Assembly: GCA_965214605.1 (NCBI GenBank)
Contig: OZ243961.1
Span: 3,968,001 to 4,032,000, forward strand
Direction of reading: 5' to 3'
Length of the DNA: 64,000 nt
From: an uncultured Candidatus Binatia bacterium
Lineage (GTDB): Bacteria > Desulfobacterota > Binatia > Bin18
The notes beneath the pieces were generated by a model. It had not been told where the DNA came from. It did not search any database and was given only the letters and a program-made list of their open reading frames with translations. Numbering within the stretch: position 1 is the stretch's first letter; every line of letters begins with the position of its first letter. The position numbers were made by a program, and so were the translations under genes. Below are positions 29,327 through 40,275 of this stretch, piece by piece.

Positions 29327-30199
29327 CTAGATAATTTTGTTCAGGGGATATTCGATAATCCCTACCGCGCCGTTTTTGATCAGCTGCGGAATCAGCTCTC
29401 TGACCCGGCTCTCACTAATCACGCTTTCCACGGCAAACCACGGCGTCTTATACAGCGGGGAGACGGTTGGGGCGGTCAGACTCGGCAACATCTCGACGAT
29501 GTGGTCGAGCTTCTCTTTGGGCACGTTCATCTTGAGCCCAACCTTGGCCTCGGCTTCTAGGGCACCGGTCAGCAACAGGGCAATCTGTTTGATGTGTTCC
29601 TTTTTGGCCGGATCTTGCCAGGCCTGGCGATTGGCAATGAGCTGAGGGTTGGAGGTGAACAGCTCATGGATAATCTTGAGGCCGTGGGCGCGGATGGTTG
29701 AGCCGGATTCGGTGACCTCAATAATCGCATCCACCAGCTCTTCGGCCGCCTTGGCCTCGGTCGCTCCCCATGAAAATTCGACCGCGACCTCAATCTGTCG
29801 TTCGGCAAAGTAGCGCTTGGTGTAGCTGACCAACTCGGTTGCGATCCGTTTGCCGTGCAAGTCTTGCGGAGTTGTGATTGGCGAATCGTGCGGAACCGCA
29901 ATGACCCAGCGGGTTGGCTGAAAGCTGGCTTTGGAGTAGACTAGGTCTTTTACTACTTCGACGTCCGCATTCTGCTCCATGATCCAGTCTTTGCCGGTCA
30001 GGCCGACATCTAGCGCGCCCGATTCCACATATTGGGCCATTTCTTGGGCCCGGACGAGCATGCAGCGAATCGTCGGATCATCAATGCTCGGAAAATAGCT
30101 CCGAGAACTTGTTGTGATTTTCCAACCGGCTTTACGGAAGAGGTCGATGGTGGTGGATTCCAGACTGCCCTTCGGAATACCCAGTTTTAATGTTTGCAT
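29327..30199 (-). CDS. hisG: ATP phosphoribosyltransferase (long form)
   Basis: [32 protein letters not shown]; C-terminal regulatory domain with PTVSPL. Confidence 0.96.
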   Translation of the reverse strand: MQTLKLGIPKGSLESTTIDLFRKAGWKITTSSRSYFPSIDDPTIRCMLVRAQEMAQYVESGALDVGLTGKDWIMEQNADVEVVKDLVYSKASFQPTRWVIAVPHDSPITTPQDLHGKRIATELVSYTKRYFAERQIEVAVEFSWGATEAKAAEELVDAIIEVTESGSTIRAHGLKIIHELFTSNPQLIANRQAWQDPAKKEHIKQIALLLTGALEAEAKVGLKMNVPKEKLDHIVEMLPSLTAPTVSPLYKTPWFAVESVISESRVRELIPQLIKNGAVGIIEYPLNKII

Positions 30200-30372
30200 G
30201 AATGCCTTTGCATTGCCGGTGCGGATTTTTGTTGAGGCCGGCAGTATTCCTAACATACGGGGCGGATAGTGACAAGCAAAGTGCTGGCAGATGGTGGTTT
30301 GACGTCGCCTCTGCTATGTCGGGGCAGGAGGGCTGATACGACCCGCAGGGCGGGGGAGAAAGGATAGGTCGG

Positions 30373-31413
30373 ATGAAACTCGGGGAGATCGCCGAGCGGT
30401 TGGGAGCCGAACTGCAGGGCAGCGGTGCGCTTGAGATTATCGGCGTCAAGGGAATAGAAGAGGCCGAGCCGGGGGATTTGACCTTTTTGACCAATAAAAA
30501 ATATGCGGCTAAACTGCCGCTGACCAAGGCGGCTGCCGTCCTCGTGGCCAAGGATATGCCGCTTGAGCGGTTTGAAGGCAGGCTTGCCCTTGTCCGGGTG
30601 GCCAATCCGGCGCTGGCCCTCTCCCAGATATTGGGCTGGTTTTACCCGCCCTACGTTCCTCCCCCAGGAATTCATCCAACGGCCGTGATTGCGCCTTCGG
30701 CTCAGATCGGCGGCGGCGCTTCGATCGGGCCCTACGTCGTGATTGGAGACGAAGTGGTGATTGGCCAGGACGCACGTATCGCGGCCCATGTCGTCATTTA
30801 TCCCCAGGTAAGGATTGGAGACCGGTTTATCGCCCACGCCGGGGCGGTGGTGCGCGAAGGCACCCATATTGGTCATCAGGTCGTCCTACAAAGTGGGGCA
30901 GTCATCGGTGGAGACGGCTTTGGTTACGTCCCGCTTCCTGATGGGACGGTTGTGCCGAATCCACAGACCGGCCATGTTGTTCTTGAGGATGAGGTTGAAA
31001 TCGGTACAAACACCACGGTTGATCGGGCCACCCTGGGAGCGACGCGTATCGGTCGTGGGACTAAAATCGATAATCTGGTGATGGTCGCCCACGGCTGTGA
31101 GCTTGGCCAAGGCGTGCTGTTGGCCGCCCAAGTTGGGCTGGCTGGGAGCACGAAAGTCGGGGCGGGAGTGCAGATGGGGGGGCAGGTCGGTGTTGCCGGT
31201 CACTTAACAGTCGGGGAGAAGACGCGGGTGGCGGCCAAGAGCGGAATTCCCAACGATGTCCCGCCCGACACCGTCATCGGTGGCTATCCAGCCGTCGACA
31301 TCTTGTCCTGGCGTCGTTATTCGGCCGTCCTCCCCAAGTTGCCCGAATTGGTACGCCGGGTCCGACGTCTAGAGCAAGCGATTGGGCGACTCTTAGGCAA
31401 ACAGGAGAGCTGA
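30373..31413 (+). CDS. lpxD: UDP-3-O-(3-hydroxymyristoyl)glucosamine N-acyltransferase
   Basis: Hexapeptide repeats, GGDGFGY, PQTG.V, KIDNLVMVAH. Confidence 0.97.
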   Translation: MKLGEIAERLGAELQGSGALEIIGVKGIEEAEPGDLTFLTNKKYAAKLPLTKAAAVLVAKDMPLERFEGRLALVRVANPALALSQILGWFYPPYVPPPGIHPTAVIAPSAQIGGGASIGPYVVIGDEVVIGQDARIAAHVVIYPQVRIGDRFIAHAGAVVREGTHIGHQVVLQSGAVIGGDGFGYVPLPDGTVVPNPQTGHVVLEDEVEIGTNTTVDRATLGATRIGRGTKIDNLVMVAHGCELGQGVLLAAQVGLAGSTKVGAGVQMGGQVGVAGHLTVGEKTRVAAKSGIPNDVPPDTVIGGYPAVDILSWRRYSAVLPKLPELVRRVRRLEQAIGRLLGKQES

Positions 31414-31449
31414 GAGTCTGTCAGCTTCCCAGAGCCCTTGTGTCCCGCT

Positions 31450-34185
31450 CTAGCGTCCAAACACTCCCTTCAACCCTTGTCTTAAGCCTTCTCTCAACAC
31501 ATCCTGGGGCGTGACCGGGCCAGCCGATGAGTCCTCCTGGCTGTCGTCTTCCGTCTCTTTGTCCCGCGGCGTTGATGAGGGCAGGAACTTGTCCAAGATT
31601 GTTTCCTGCAAGACTTCAAGGCCGGTAGTGACAACGCCGTGTTGAACCTGCCGCGCCACCGCTGCAACATCGGGGACGGGTCTGACGTCGGGCAGGCTGC
31701 CGCTTAGCGCAAAGGGGAGCGCGATTTGTCCCTGAGGATTGCGGAGCAGGCCGGCTAGTTTCACTCTGTCTTGTATATCCTGTGACAGGTTTGTCGCCAG
31801 AATCAGCTGGCCATGAAAATCAATGTTCCGATCATAGTCCAGCCAGCCCTTGCCCTGGGTCGTATAACTCGCTGCGTCCAGACGCACGTCATCAAGCAGA
31901 ATTTTTCCCTGGCGGAGGTGGAACTGGCTGACAAGTCGGGAAAACTCGGTCCCGTGGCGGCTGAACAGGGCCGGATATTTGGCTTGTACTCTTGGAGAGA
32001 TGAGATTTGTGAGGCCGGGAAGTCCACTGACCCTCCTCAGTACTTCGTCGGCAATGTTGACATCGGTCAGCGCGCCGTCCGTGACCTCCAACTCGCCCTG
32101 ACCGTGCAAACTGGGTTGTATCGCCTGCCAGTCCTGGCCCTGGCCGGTGAGATCCACAGTGAGACCGGCCGTGCCGTGCGCCGCGTCAAGCGCTCCTGGC
32201 AGGGAGGCTTTAAACAGCTCAACTAGCTCAATATGCGAGATGTGTGAAGCGAGCTGGAACTGGGGCGGGACCGCGCCCGTATCGTAGTGTCCAGAGGCAG
32301 TGACTGAGCCGCCGAGTGTGTGAAGGCTGAGATGATCAAGCTTGGCCACTTGGTTGTGCAACGACAGCTCGGTTTGCAGGTCAGTATAGGGAGCATCCGC
32401 CAGCCTGCCTTGGGCGGATGAAAGCGTGGCGCTCAGTGCCGGCCGCTCATGCTCCAGCCAGAGTCTGCCGTCGCTCTTCAGAGTGCTGAGGACGTCGTTG
32501 GAAACGGCCTGCCCGCCGCTGGCCCCGACATCTGCCAGCCACAGCTCGGGCGAACTCAGGCTATAGCTGGCCTCCAGAGGACTGAAACGCGCAACGCTGG
32601 CGGTAAACTCAAGGACCGATCTGCCGATTTGAGCCGAGGCGTTTTCAATAGCGGCACCTTGACCGGTAAAGGTAATTGAGGTGTTCAAGTCGGTCACCGG
32701 TTGGGGGAGCTGGGCCGGACTCACGCTTGCCTGGCGTAGGTCAAGCGTCCCCGTAATCGCGGGTAGCCCTTCTTTGGCCCCCTCTCTGTTGACCTGGAGG
32801 GCCAGCTCCATCTGACCGAGGGGAGAAAAAGCTTGCAGGTCGGGCAAGATCTCTTGCCAGCCGGCTAGGTCGACAACATTGGAGTCTAGCTGCAGGTCTA
32901 GGCCCGGAGTTTTGCCGAGCCTCACCTCACCGCTACTTGTCAATACAAGCGTGTGCAGCTGGATTTTTGCCCTTTGTACCGCAATGCTCTCTGGCGCCAG
33001 GCGGGTGTCGGTTGACACGACTAGAGGCGTGCCCTGAGGTTTCTGAAACTGGTCGCCAAACCGAAGAGCGCTGTCCGTTGCATCGAGTGCTGCGGTGAGG
33101 GCCAGCTTGTTCAGCCCGCCCTCAGCATGGACCGTCACCGTGGCCGAGCCCTCAGCGCTTAGTTGGGGCGGAAGATATGCGGCCAGCGGGGCAAATTTCA
33201 GCAGCTGGGGCAAGTCGACCGGCCCCAGGGCAATATCGTTATTGAGGTTCAGCGCAGCCATATCGGGACCTAGCGGACCCGCCTCACCTGTCACCTGCAG
33301 ATTGGCTTGGTTGGATTCAAACACCGACGCCGTCAGTCGCAAATCCGACACCATCAGGGCTCCGGCAGTTCCAGATACGCGACTGCTGACACGTAGCGGG
33401 CCAGACAGGCCGAGGCCGGGTGGGATCTGGGGAAGAGTCTGGCGCAGGACGGCACTCTCAAGCGGGTCTAGCCTCAGGCTAGCGTCAACGGCCAGGAGTT
33501 CGGCCTCAACCGCTCGGCCCAGCGGGCCGAAGCTGCCCGCTACGTAGAGATTCTGCTGCTCGGACATAAACGCTGCGGCCAGCTCTAGGCTAAGGGGTCG
33601 ATCAAAGCTGAGATTTTCGACCTTGAGGTCGAGCTGGCTGACGCGCAGCTCGGTATCGGTGTGTTGATCTGTGTAGTGAATATCGCCGTTAGAGATGTTG
33701 GCCAGTGCCACCAACAGCAGCGGAAGACTCTCCACGGCGCTCGACGCTGTTGTGGTCTCGGAAATTTGGGGCGGAGCGTCTTGCGTCTCTCCTCCACCTA
33801 GGCTGGCAAAATTAAACACTCCCTGGGGGTTGCGAATCACCCGAATGACTGGGTCACGCACAAGGACCCGCCTGACCTCAATCTCTTGCCTGAGAAGCGG
33901 CATGAGCTTGACCTTGATCTGCAAGTCGGTTGCGCGAACAAAAGTCTCCGAGGAAAAAGCCGGGTCATCGGCCAGAGTCACGTTTTGCAACCGGGCTCCA
34001 ACTCCACCCCACAGGCTAATCTCAATTTCCCCAATCTCTACCGTACGGCCTAGCGCTTGCTCAACTTGAGCCAACAGCTGATCTTTATTGGCGTTGACAA
34101 GCCCATTGAGATTCGACACGGCAAAGCCGAGCAGGCCGCCGATAAGGAGTAAGAGTACTAGGCCACAGACAATCAATTTCCGCAT
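31450..34185 (-). CDS. AsmA family protein
   Basis: N-terminal TM anchor, ALGRTVEIG, KLMPLL, G.FNF; long beta-groove; C-terminal PFALSG...P. Confidence 0.88.
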   Translation of the reverse strand: MRKLIVCGLVLLLLIGGLLGFAVSNLNGLVNANKDQLLAQVEQALGRTVEIGEIEISLWGGVGARLQNVTLADDPAFSSETFVRATDLQIKVKLMPLLRQEIEVRRVLVRDPVIRVIRNPQGVFNFASLGGGETQDAPPQISETTTASSAVESLPLLLVALANISNGDIHYTDQHTDTELRVSQLDLKVENLSFDRPLSLELAAAFMSEQQNLYVAGSFGPLGRAVEAELLAVDASLRLDPLESAVLRQTLPQIPPGLGLSGPLRVSSRVSGTAGALMVSDLRLTASVFESNQANLQVTGEAGPLGPDMAALNLNNDIALGPVDLPQLLKFAPLAAYLPPQLSAEGSATVTVHAEGGLNKLALTAALDATDSALRFGDQFQKPQGTPLVVSTDTRLAPESIAVQRAKIQLHTLVLTSSGEVRLGKTPGLDLQLDSNVVDLAGWQEILPDLQAFSPLGQMELALQVNREGAKEGLPAITGTLDLRQASVSPAQLPQPVTDLNTSITFTGQGAAIENASAQIGRSVLEFTASVARFSPLEASYSLSSPELWLADVGASGGQAVSNDVLSTLKSDGRLWLEHERPALSATLSSAQGRLADAPYTDLQTELSLHNQVAKLDHLSLHTLGGSVTASGHYDTGAVPPQFQLASHISHIELVELFKASLPGALDAAHGTAGLTVDLTGQGQDWQAIQPSLHGQGELEVTDGALTDVNIADEVLRRVSGLPGLTNLISPRVQAKYPALFSRHGTEFSRLVSQFHLRQGKILLDDVRLDAASYTTQGKGWLDYDRNIDFHGQLILATNLSQDIQDRVKLAGLLRNPQGQIALPFALSGSLPDVRPVPDVAAVARQVQHGVVTTGLEVLQETILDKFLPSSTPRDKETEDDSQEDSSAGPVTPQDVLREGLRQGLKGVFGR

Positions 34186-34922
34186 TGTAGTCCGTCTTCT
34201 CCCGCGTTGAGAACAAGTGTCAGCACGTCCGGAATACGGCGAATGACGTGCTGGGGACGCGGCTCGCGATCTGGTGGCGGCTGGTCATCCCGGGACCAGA
34301 TCAAAACGGACCGCAGCCCCAGCCGATTAGCTCCCGCAATATCTTGCTGCAGCGAGTCACCGACAAAGAACGCTTCGTGCGGCTCACAGCCGGCGTGGTC
34401 TAAGGCCCGGTGAAAGATACCGAGATCTGGTTTGCACGATTGGGCCTGCTGGCTGGTCAGCAACAAGTCAAAGTAGCGCTTCAAGCGGCTGAGTTCCATC
34501 ATGTGGGCAAACTGGTCATCATCGACATTGCTGACAATACCGAGGTAGAGTCCTCGGCGGCGGAGTTCGCGGAGCGTCTCTTGAACGCCGTCCCGCAAGA
34601 CGAAATCTTTTGCCCGCCGTTCAAACTGAGCCGCCCGGTAACGGCTGAGCAGCTCGTCGCTGAGGGTCACACCGTACTTTTTGGCCAGAGTATGCAATAC
34701 CTCGTCGAATAAATCACGGTGCAGATAATATGGACGGTCTAAATAGTCATAAAAGACACGCTTGAGGGCTGCCCGGTAGGTCCGTCGAATATCTCGCTCA
34801 TCTGCCCCAATGCCCGTCCAGCGGGCGAGGGCGATCAGGACATCCCGCTCGCCCGCAGCCAGGGTCTCATAGTCAAAAAGCGTGCCCCCAAAATCAAACA
34901 ATACGGCCCGGACCGAGGCCAT
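34173..34922 (-). CDS. HAD-superfamily hydrolase (subfamily IA)
   Basis: LFDFGGTL, VSN, KPD, VGDS..QDI.GA. Confidence 0.9.
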   Translation of the reverse strand: MASVRAVLFDFGGTLFDYETLAAGERDVLIALARWTGIGADERDIRRTYRAALKRVFYDYLDRPYYLHRDLFDEVLHTLAKKYGVTLSDELLSRYRAAQFERRAKDFVLRDGVQETLRELRRRGLYLGIVSNVDDDQFAHMMELSRLKRYFDLLLTSQQAQSCKPDLGIFHRALDHAGCEPHEAFFVGDSLQQDIAGANRLGLRSVLIWSRDDQPPPDREPRPQHVIRRIPDVLTLVLNAGEDGLQCGN

Positions 34923-35117
34923 CACGCACTCCTTCACAAAATACTTTGAACACGTTCTGACATATTCGGTTGCGTCGTGCTAGCGGCTTGGCGAGATTAA
35001 AAGTCGGAGGCCAAAGCTGGAGAAAGGGATGAGGCTTGTGACAGGTTGTCTTAAACCTTAAATCCCCTGTACGTTCCGCCTTTTGACATTTGACTTGTCT
35101 TTTGTTTGACTGAGCCT

Positions 35118-35519
35118 ATGTTCCTACGTCTTCTCCTCCTTTTCACCCTTCTCCCCCTCCTTGAACTCTACCTGCTCATTACCATCGGGAGATACCTTGG
35201 AGTCGGACCGACCATTCTCCTCGTTCTTGGCACAGGTATGGCCGGGGCGTATTTGGCCCGACTGGAAGGCTGGCGGACGTGGTGGAAGATCCAGAGCGAG
35301 TGGCAGCGGGGTGGGATGCCGGCAAATGAGTTGATTGACGGAGTCCTGATTATGGCCGCCGGCTTATTGTTGATTACGCCTGGCGTCTTGACCGATGTGT
35401 TTGGTTTGAGCCTGCTGTTTCCGCCCACCCGTGGCGCCCTCAAGCGGTCTATCCGCCGCGCTCTCGAAAAACGTGTCGAATCAACACATATTGAGGTCCA
35501 TTTTGACCGTTTATCCTAG
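35118..35519 (+). CDS. fxsA: FxsA family membrane protein
   Basis: PLLELYLLI, LLLITPGVLTD..G. Confidence 0.92.
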   Translation: MFLRLLLLFTLLPLLELYLLITIGRYLGVGPTILLVLGTGMAGAYLARLEGWRTWWKIQSEWQRGGMPANELIDGVLIMAAGLLLITPGVLTDVFGLSLLFPPTRGALKRSIRRALEKRVESTHIEVHFDRLS

Positions 35520-35558
35520 CGGTTCAAGCTGAACCGGAGCCTTGGTCTGAGAAAGAGC

Positions 35559-37583
35559 ATGTCCGTGTCATTCGCCGACCGTGCCGGGTTTGGATTTGTC
35601 CGGGTTGCTGCGGCTTCGCCGTCAGTCCGAGTTGCGGACTGTGGCTTCAACGCGCGGCGTATCCTCGCTATGATGGAACGCGCTCAACAGCAAGACGTGG
35701 CGGTTCTGGTTCTTCCCGAGCTATGTTTGACCGGCTATACCTGCGCCGACCTTTTTCACCATCAGCGTCTCCAGCAGGCGGCGCTGAGCGCTCTGGAAAA
35801 CCTTATCACACATACTGCCCGAGAGTTTTCGGGGCTCGTTTTGGTCGGCCTTCCGCTAGCCGTTGAGGGGCAACTTTTTAACTGCGCGGCAGTCATCTGC
35901 CAGGGCGCGTTGCTAGGGATTGTGCCCAAGTCTTTTTTGCCCACCTATCGGGAATTTTATGAGCGGCGGTGGTTTGCGCCGGCTGCAGCCACCCCAAGCG
36001 CGCAGATCTCCCTGCTTGGCCGATCGATCCCGTTTGGCAACGACCTTCTCTTTGTGGCCGACGGCTGGGAGCAGCTCGTTGTCGGCGTTGAGATTTGTGA
36101 AGACCTGTGGGTCCCGCAGCCGCCCAGTTCACGCCAGGCCGTAGACGGGGCAACCGTCCTCGTCAATCTGTCGGGCAGCAATGAGGGCACTAGCAAGGCC
36201 GCGTACCGCCGCCAGCTTGTGATCGGTCAGGCGGCTCGGTGTGTCGCCGCCTATGCCTACAGCGCCTGTGGAGATGGGGAATCGAGTACAGATCTGGCCT
36301 TCGGCGGACACTGCTTGATTGCCGAAAACGGCACCTTGCTGGCCGAATCTGAACCGTTTGGTGGGGACGAGGTGTTGTGTATGGCCGACATTGACCTCGA
36401 ACGCTTACACGCCGACCGGCTGCGGATGGGCAGTTTTCACGACAGTCGGAGCCTCGGGCAGCCGCCCCTCCGGCGGGAGTTGTTTGCCTTTGCTCCGCGT
36501 CCGGTTCCGGCTCGCCTAGCTCGACCGGTTGAGGCTCATCCCTTTGTTCCTTCCGGTCAGGACGATTTGCGCGAGCGCTGCGAAGAGATCTTTCGCATCC
36601 AGGTCGCAGGTCTGGGTTCGCGTTTACGTCACCTCAACATCCCTCCGGTGGCAATTGGGGTGTCGGGCGGCCTAGACTCAACCTTGGCGCTTTTGGTGAC
36701 ATGTCGCACTGCGGATCGGATCGGTATGCCGCGTCAACATATTCAGGCCTTCACTATGCCTGGCTACGGTACCACCCAGCGCACTAAAAAAAATGCGGCC
36801 GATTTAATGTACCAACTCGGCGTATCAAGCCGTCAGATCGATATTCGCCAACTGTGTCTGGATGAAATGCGGACCCTCGACCATAGACCGTTCGGGATAC
36901 GGCTGGAGGGGCTGAGTGTCGCAGCCCTCAGCCAGCAGCTCAGGCAGTTGCCGTCCGAGGCGCGTCACGATCTGGTTTTTGAGAATGTGCAAGCCCGGAT
37001 GCGGACCAGTCTCTTGATGAATAGCGGGTTTGTGATTGGCACCGGAGACCTATCTGAGCTGGCCCTGGGATGGGCGACGTATAATGCTGATCACATGAGC
37101 ATGTATAATCCGAATGTCGGTATTCCCAAAACCTTGGTCCGGTTTTTGGTCGCTTGGGCGGCTGAGCACGAGTTTAGCGGAGCCGTACGGACAACGCTCC
37201 GGGCGGTGGTTGATACCCCGATCTCGCCCGAGCTCTTACCAACCAACCCGGCCGGCGACATTGTCCAGGAAACAGAAGGCATCATTGGTCCGTACGAACT
37301 GCATGATTTCTTTCTGTTCCATTTTCTGCGCTACGGCACCGCTCCGTCCAAGATTTTATACCTCGCCGGTCAGGCCCGTTTTAGCCGGCCCTACTCGCCC
37401 CAAGAGATCCAGCGGTGGCTGAAGGTTTTTCTGAGCCGCTTCTTTGCCAATCAGTACAAACGATCATGTCTGCCGGATGGACCGAAAGTTGGTTCGGTGA
37501 GTCTGTCGCCCCGCAGCGACTGGCGTATGCCGAGTGACGCTCAAGTTGCGCAGTGGTTAGCCGATTTGGAGGACGAGCGATAA
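35559..37583 (+). CDS. nadE: Glutamine-dependent NAD+ synthetase
   Basis: Nitrilase domain (PELCLTGY, PK, EICED), SGGLDS, ENVQAR, GTGDLSE, QYKRS. Confidence 0.97.
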   Translation: MSVSFADRAGFGFVRVAAASPSVRVADCGFNARRILAMMERAQQQDVAVLVLPELCLTGYTCADLFHHQRLQQAALSALENLITHTAREFSGLVLVGLPLAVEGQLFNCAAVICQGALLGIVPKSFLPTYREFYERRWFAPAAATPSAQISLLGRSIPFGNDLLFVADGWEQLVVGVEICEDLWVPQPPSSRQAVDGATVLVNLSGSNEGTSKAAYRRQLVIGQAARCVAAYAYSACGDGESSTDLAFGGHCLIAENGTLLAESEPFGGDEVLCMADIDLERLHADRLRMGSFHDSRSLGQPPLRRELFAFAPRPVPARLARPVEAHPFVPSGQDDLRERCEEIFRIQVAGLGSRLRHLNIPPVAIGVSGGLDSTLALLVTCRTADRIGMPRQHIQAFTMPGYGTTQRTKKNAADLMYQLGVSSRQIDIRQLCLDEMRTLDHRPFGIRLEGLSVAALSQQLRQLPSEARHDLVFENVQARMRTSLLMNSGFVIGTGDLSELALGWATYNADHMSMYNPNVGIPKTLVRFLVAWAAEHEFSGAVRTTLRAVVDTPISPELLPTNPAGDIVQETEGIIGPYELHDFFLFHFLRYGTAPSKILYLAGQARFSRPYSPQEIQRWLKVFLSRFFANQYKRSCLPDGPKVGSVSLSPRSDWRMPSDAQVAQWLADLEDER

Positions 37584-37629
37584 GATATCTGCGGAGCCTA
37601 AGAGATGGTGGCGGGTAGCCGACCGCATA

Positions 37630-38889
37630 ATGAGAACGTCTATGATTAGTGCTGCTGTCATTTTGTTACCAACAACCTGTCATCCGCTCACCATGCTTGG
37701 CGGACTGTCTTTGCTCAAGCGGGCGATTTTTACCGCCCAGCGTGTGGGTGCAAAAACGTGCTATCTGGTCTCCGGTCAAACGGCCGAACAGACGCATGGG
37801 CTGCATCAGTCGCTGTCCGACGACCCGCGCCTGAGCAGTGAGTTGGTGTGGCTTGGCCCACAGCAAACCGAGATGGCCGCCACATCGTTGCCGGCCAGGC
37901 CGAACGGCGAGCAGTGTCTCGCCTTTGAGGTCCAGACTGTGTTTTCGGTCGATTTGGGCCGCGCCCTGGCCGATGCTGCAACGCCGCAGGACGTTTGGGC
38001 GGTGGGCGTAGGTCCGCAGGATTACACCCTTGTTCTCTTTCCGCTGCAGAGACTCCCTACTGCTGTGGCACGGCTGCTGAGCACGGGTGTGGGTCTCGCT
38101 AGGGGAGACTGGGGAGAAGATGTGCGTCGCTTTTCGGCCGACAGCTATTTTTTGACCCAGGTGTCTCGTCCCGGCTTGGTAGCCGACACCGAGAAAGCCC
38201 TGCTCCTGTCTCTACCAAACCCCAAAGACGGCCTGGTTGATGCCTATCTCAACCGGAAATTATCGCGTCCCTTAACCCGTCTCCTGCTCCGCACTCCGCT
38301 GACGCCTAATCACATTACCCTTTTCTCGTGCAGCATCGGTCTGCTTGGAGCGGCCTGCTTTTGGGGCGGAGGCTATGGTTGGTCGATTCTCGGCGGCCTG
38401 CTGTTGCAGTTTTCCGCAGTGGTCGATTGCATCGACGGCGAGGTTGCGCGGGTAAAGTTTCTGGAATCCCCCTTGGGGGCGTGGCTCGATATCACCCTTG
38501 ATACCGTCGTGCATATCGTCATCTTTCTGGGGGTTGGTATAGCGGTCTGGAAACAGGGGGGTGCCACCTATGCGCCGCTTCTTGGCGGAGCGCTGGCCGT
38601 TGGAGCGGCAATCTGTTTTCCTTTTGTCACCATGGCCGAGAAGACCGAGGAGCGGGGTAAAAAGCAGGGCGGTTGGGAGAATACGATTATCCAGCAGATG
38701 ATCGAAGGGCTGACGAGTCGCGACTACTCAATCATCCTCCTCCTGTGTGCGCTGATCCAGAAACTGTCGTGGTTTCTGTGGAGCGCAGCGATTGGCGTCC
38801 AGGTGTTCTGGTGCACGCTCGCCGTCCTCCTGCACAAAGCGGGGCGACTGAATTGGGCGGTTTTTTCGTCACGTTCACTTGACGCCTGA
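37630..38889 (+). CDS. CDP-alcohol phosphatidyltransferase with degenerate N-terminal nucleotidyltransferase-like domain
   Basis: DG.V..YLNR.LS, TPN.IT, DCIDGEVAR..S..GAWLD..LD; N-terminal LGGLSLLKR. Confidence 0.85.
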   Translation: MRTSMISAAVILLPTTCHPLTMLGGLSLLKRAIFTAQRVGAKTCYLVSGQTAEQTHGLHQSLSDDPRLSSELVWLGPQQTEMAATSLPARPNGEQCLAFEVQTVFSVDLGRALADAATPQDVWAVGVGPQDYTLVLFPLQRLPTAVARLLSTGVGLARGDWGEDVRRFSADSYFLTQVSRPGLVADTEKALLLSLPNPKDGLVDAYLNRKLSRPLTRLLLRTPLTPNHITLFSCSIGLLGAACFWGGGYGWSILGGLLLQFSAVVDCIDGEVARVKFLESPLGAWLDITLDTVVHIVIFLGVGIAVWKQGGATYAPLLGGALAVGAAICFPFVTMAEKTEERGKKQGGWENTIIQQMIEGLTSRDYSIILLLCALIQKLSWFLWSAAIGVQVFWCTLAVLLHKAGRLNWAVFSSRSLDA

Positions 38890-38914
38890 GGTGAGCCGGG
38901 GGGGAGGACCAGGA

Positions 38915-39415
38915 ATGGAGAGCACAATAGACGCCCGGCCCGGTACCTATGCGTTGATACTCCGAGCCTGGCCCACCGGGCGGCTTGTTCCAATTCTCCA
39001 GATCGGTCGCTGCGGAGCCTTGCGTGTCGAGACCGGTTGGTATGTCTACGTCGGTAGCGCCTTCGGCCCTGGAGGCCTCCGAGCTCGGCTCCGCCATCAC
39101 TGTCGTGTCTCGGCACTTCCCCACTGGCATATTGATTATCTGCGCCGGGCTGCCGAGCCTGAGACGGTCTGGTACAGCCACGACCCGCAGCCGCGCGAGC
39201 ATAGCTGGGCCGGGAATGTCGCACGCCTGTACTCGGCGCGTGTCCCTCTCCTTGGCTTTGGGGCGTCTGACTGTGGCTGTCTGACCCACTTGTTCTTTTT
39301 TCCCAAGCGGCCCTGTGTGTCGGTTTTTCGACGCAGGGTTGGAGCGGTCGCGCCGGATCACGCCCGGATTGAGTCGACCGCCCTTGCTGGCCTGCCCGAG
39401 GGCTTATCCGAGTAA
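38915..39415 (+). CDS. DUF123 / GIY-YIG (Uri) nuclease family protein
   Basis: GTYAL, YVYVGSAFGPGGL..RL..H, HWHIDYL, FGASDCGC.THL. Confidence 0.9.
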   Translation: MESTIDARPGTYALILRAWPTGRLVPILQIGRCGALRVETGWYVYVGSAFGPGGLRARLRHHCRVSALPHWHIDYLRRAAEPETVWYSHDPQPREHSWAGNVARLYSARVPLLGFGASDCGCLTHLFFFPKRPCVSVFRRRVGAVAPDHARIESTALAGLPEGLSE

Positions 39416-39424
39416 GGAGACACC

Positions 39425-40275
39425 ATGAGCAGCCCTCTGTCCAATAACTCCGGAGACGGTCTTCCCCACGTTAGAGGCGACGCTGAACTAGTCAATCGAC
39501 ACCGGCCGGAAACCCGTCTCCTACGTGTGTGAACCCCCACCTGGTGTCCCGCGCCGGACAGGCAGGGCCGTCAAGCAGACGATCCCGATCTACGACGGTC
39601 GCGCGGTTGCCGACCAGCTCACGCTGGATAACCAGGGCTTTCAGCTCACACGGCACGACACCAAGGTGGTCAATTTTTACGATGCTGAAGAAGTACAGAG
39701 AGTCTATTACCCCGAGGTCGAACACTTCCTGGCCAACTTCTTCGGTGCCGACAAAGTCGTAGTCTTTGACCGCAATGTGCGCTGCGCCCCAATGTCACAG
39801 CGCGGTGATAAGAATGTTCAAGAGCCGGCACGCATTGCCCACAACGACTACACCCTAAGCTCGGAGCCACAACGTGTCCGAGATTTGTTGGGCCCACAGG
39901 AAGCCGAAGAGCGCCTCAAGCACCGTGTCATGCAGATGTCCCATCCGTGGACCAGTCCAAGATGCCCCCCTGGCTGTGAGTGACGCCCAGAGCATGCGGA
40001 CCGAAGACTTTCTGGCCTGTGATCTGAAGTTTGAGGATCGAACCGGAGAGACGTACATGATCGCCCATCGGCCGACCCGCCACTGGTCCTACTTTCCCGC
40101 CATGCGGCGTTACGAGGCCTTACTCCTCAAGGGCTATGACTCGATGGATGACGGGCGGGCACGGTTTACGGGTCATACCGGATTTGACGATCCAAACACT
40201 CCGCCCGACGCGCTCCCTCGGGAGAGCATTGAAACCCGGACGTTTGTCTTTTTTGGTCCTGAGGCCGAACACTAG
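39425..40275 (+). pseudogene. CmcJ/NvfI (AsaB-like) oxidoreductase pseudogene
   Basis: Motifs LDNQGFQL, YYPE, HNDYT, PLAV.DA, HTGFDDP and RESIE.R lie in three frames; frameshift near 39470, in-frame TAG at 39489-39491, second frameshift/deletion near 39935. Confidence 0.85.

Noticed and set aside
39489-39491. In-frame TAG as pyrrolysine or readthrough
   Set aside because: The same gene has two frameshifts and no pyl genes are present; pseudogene is simpler
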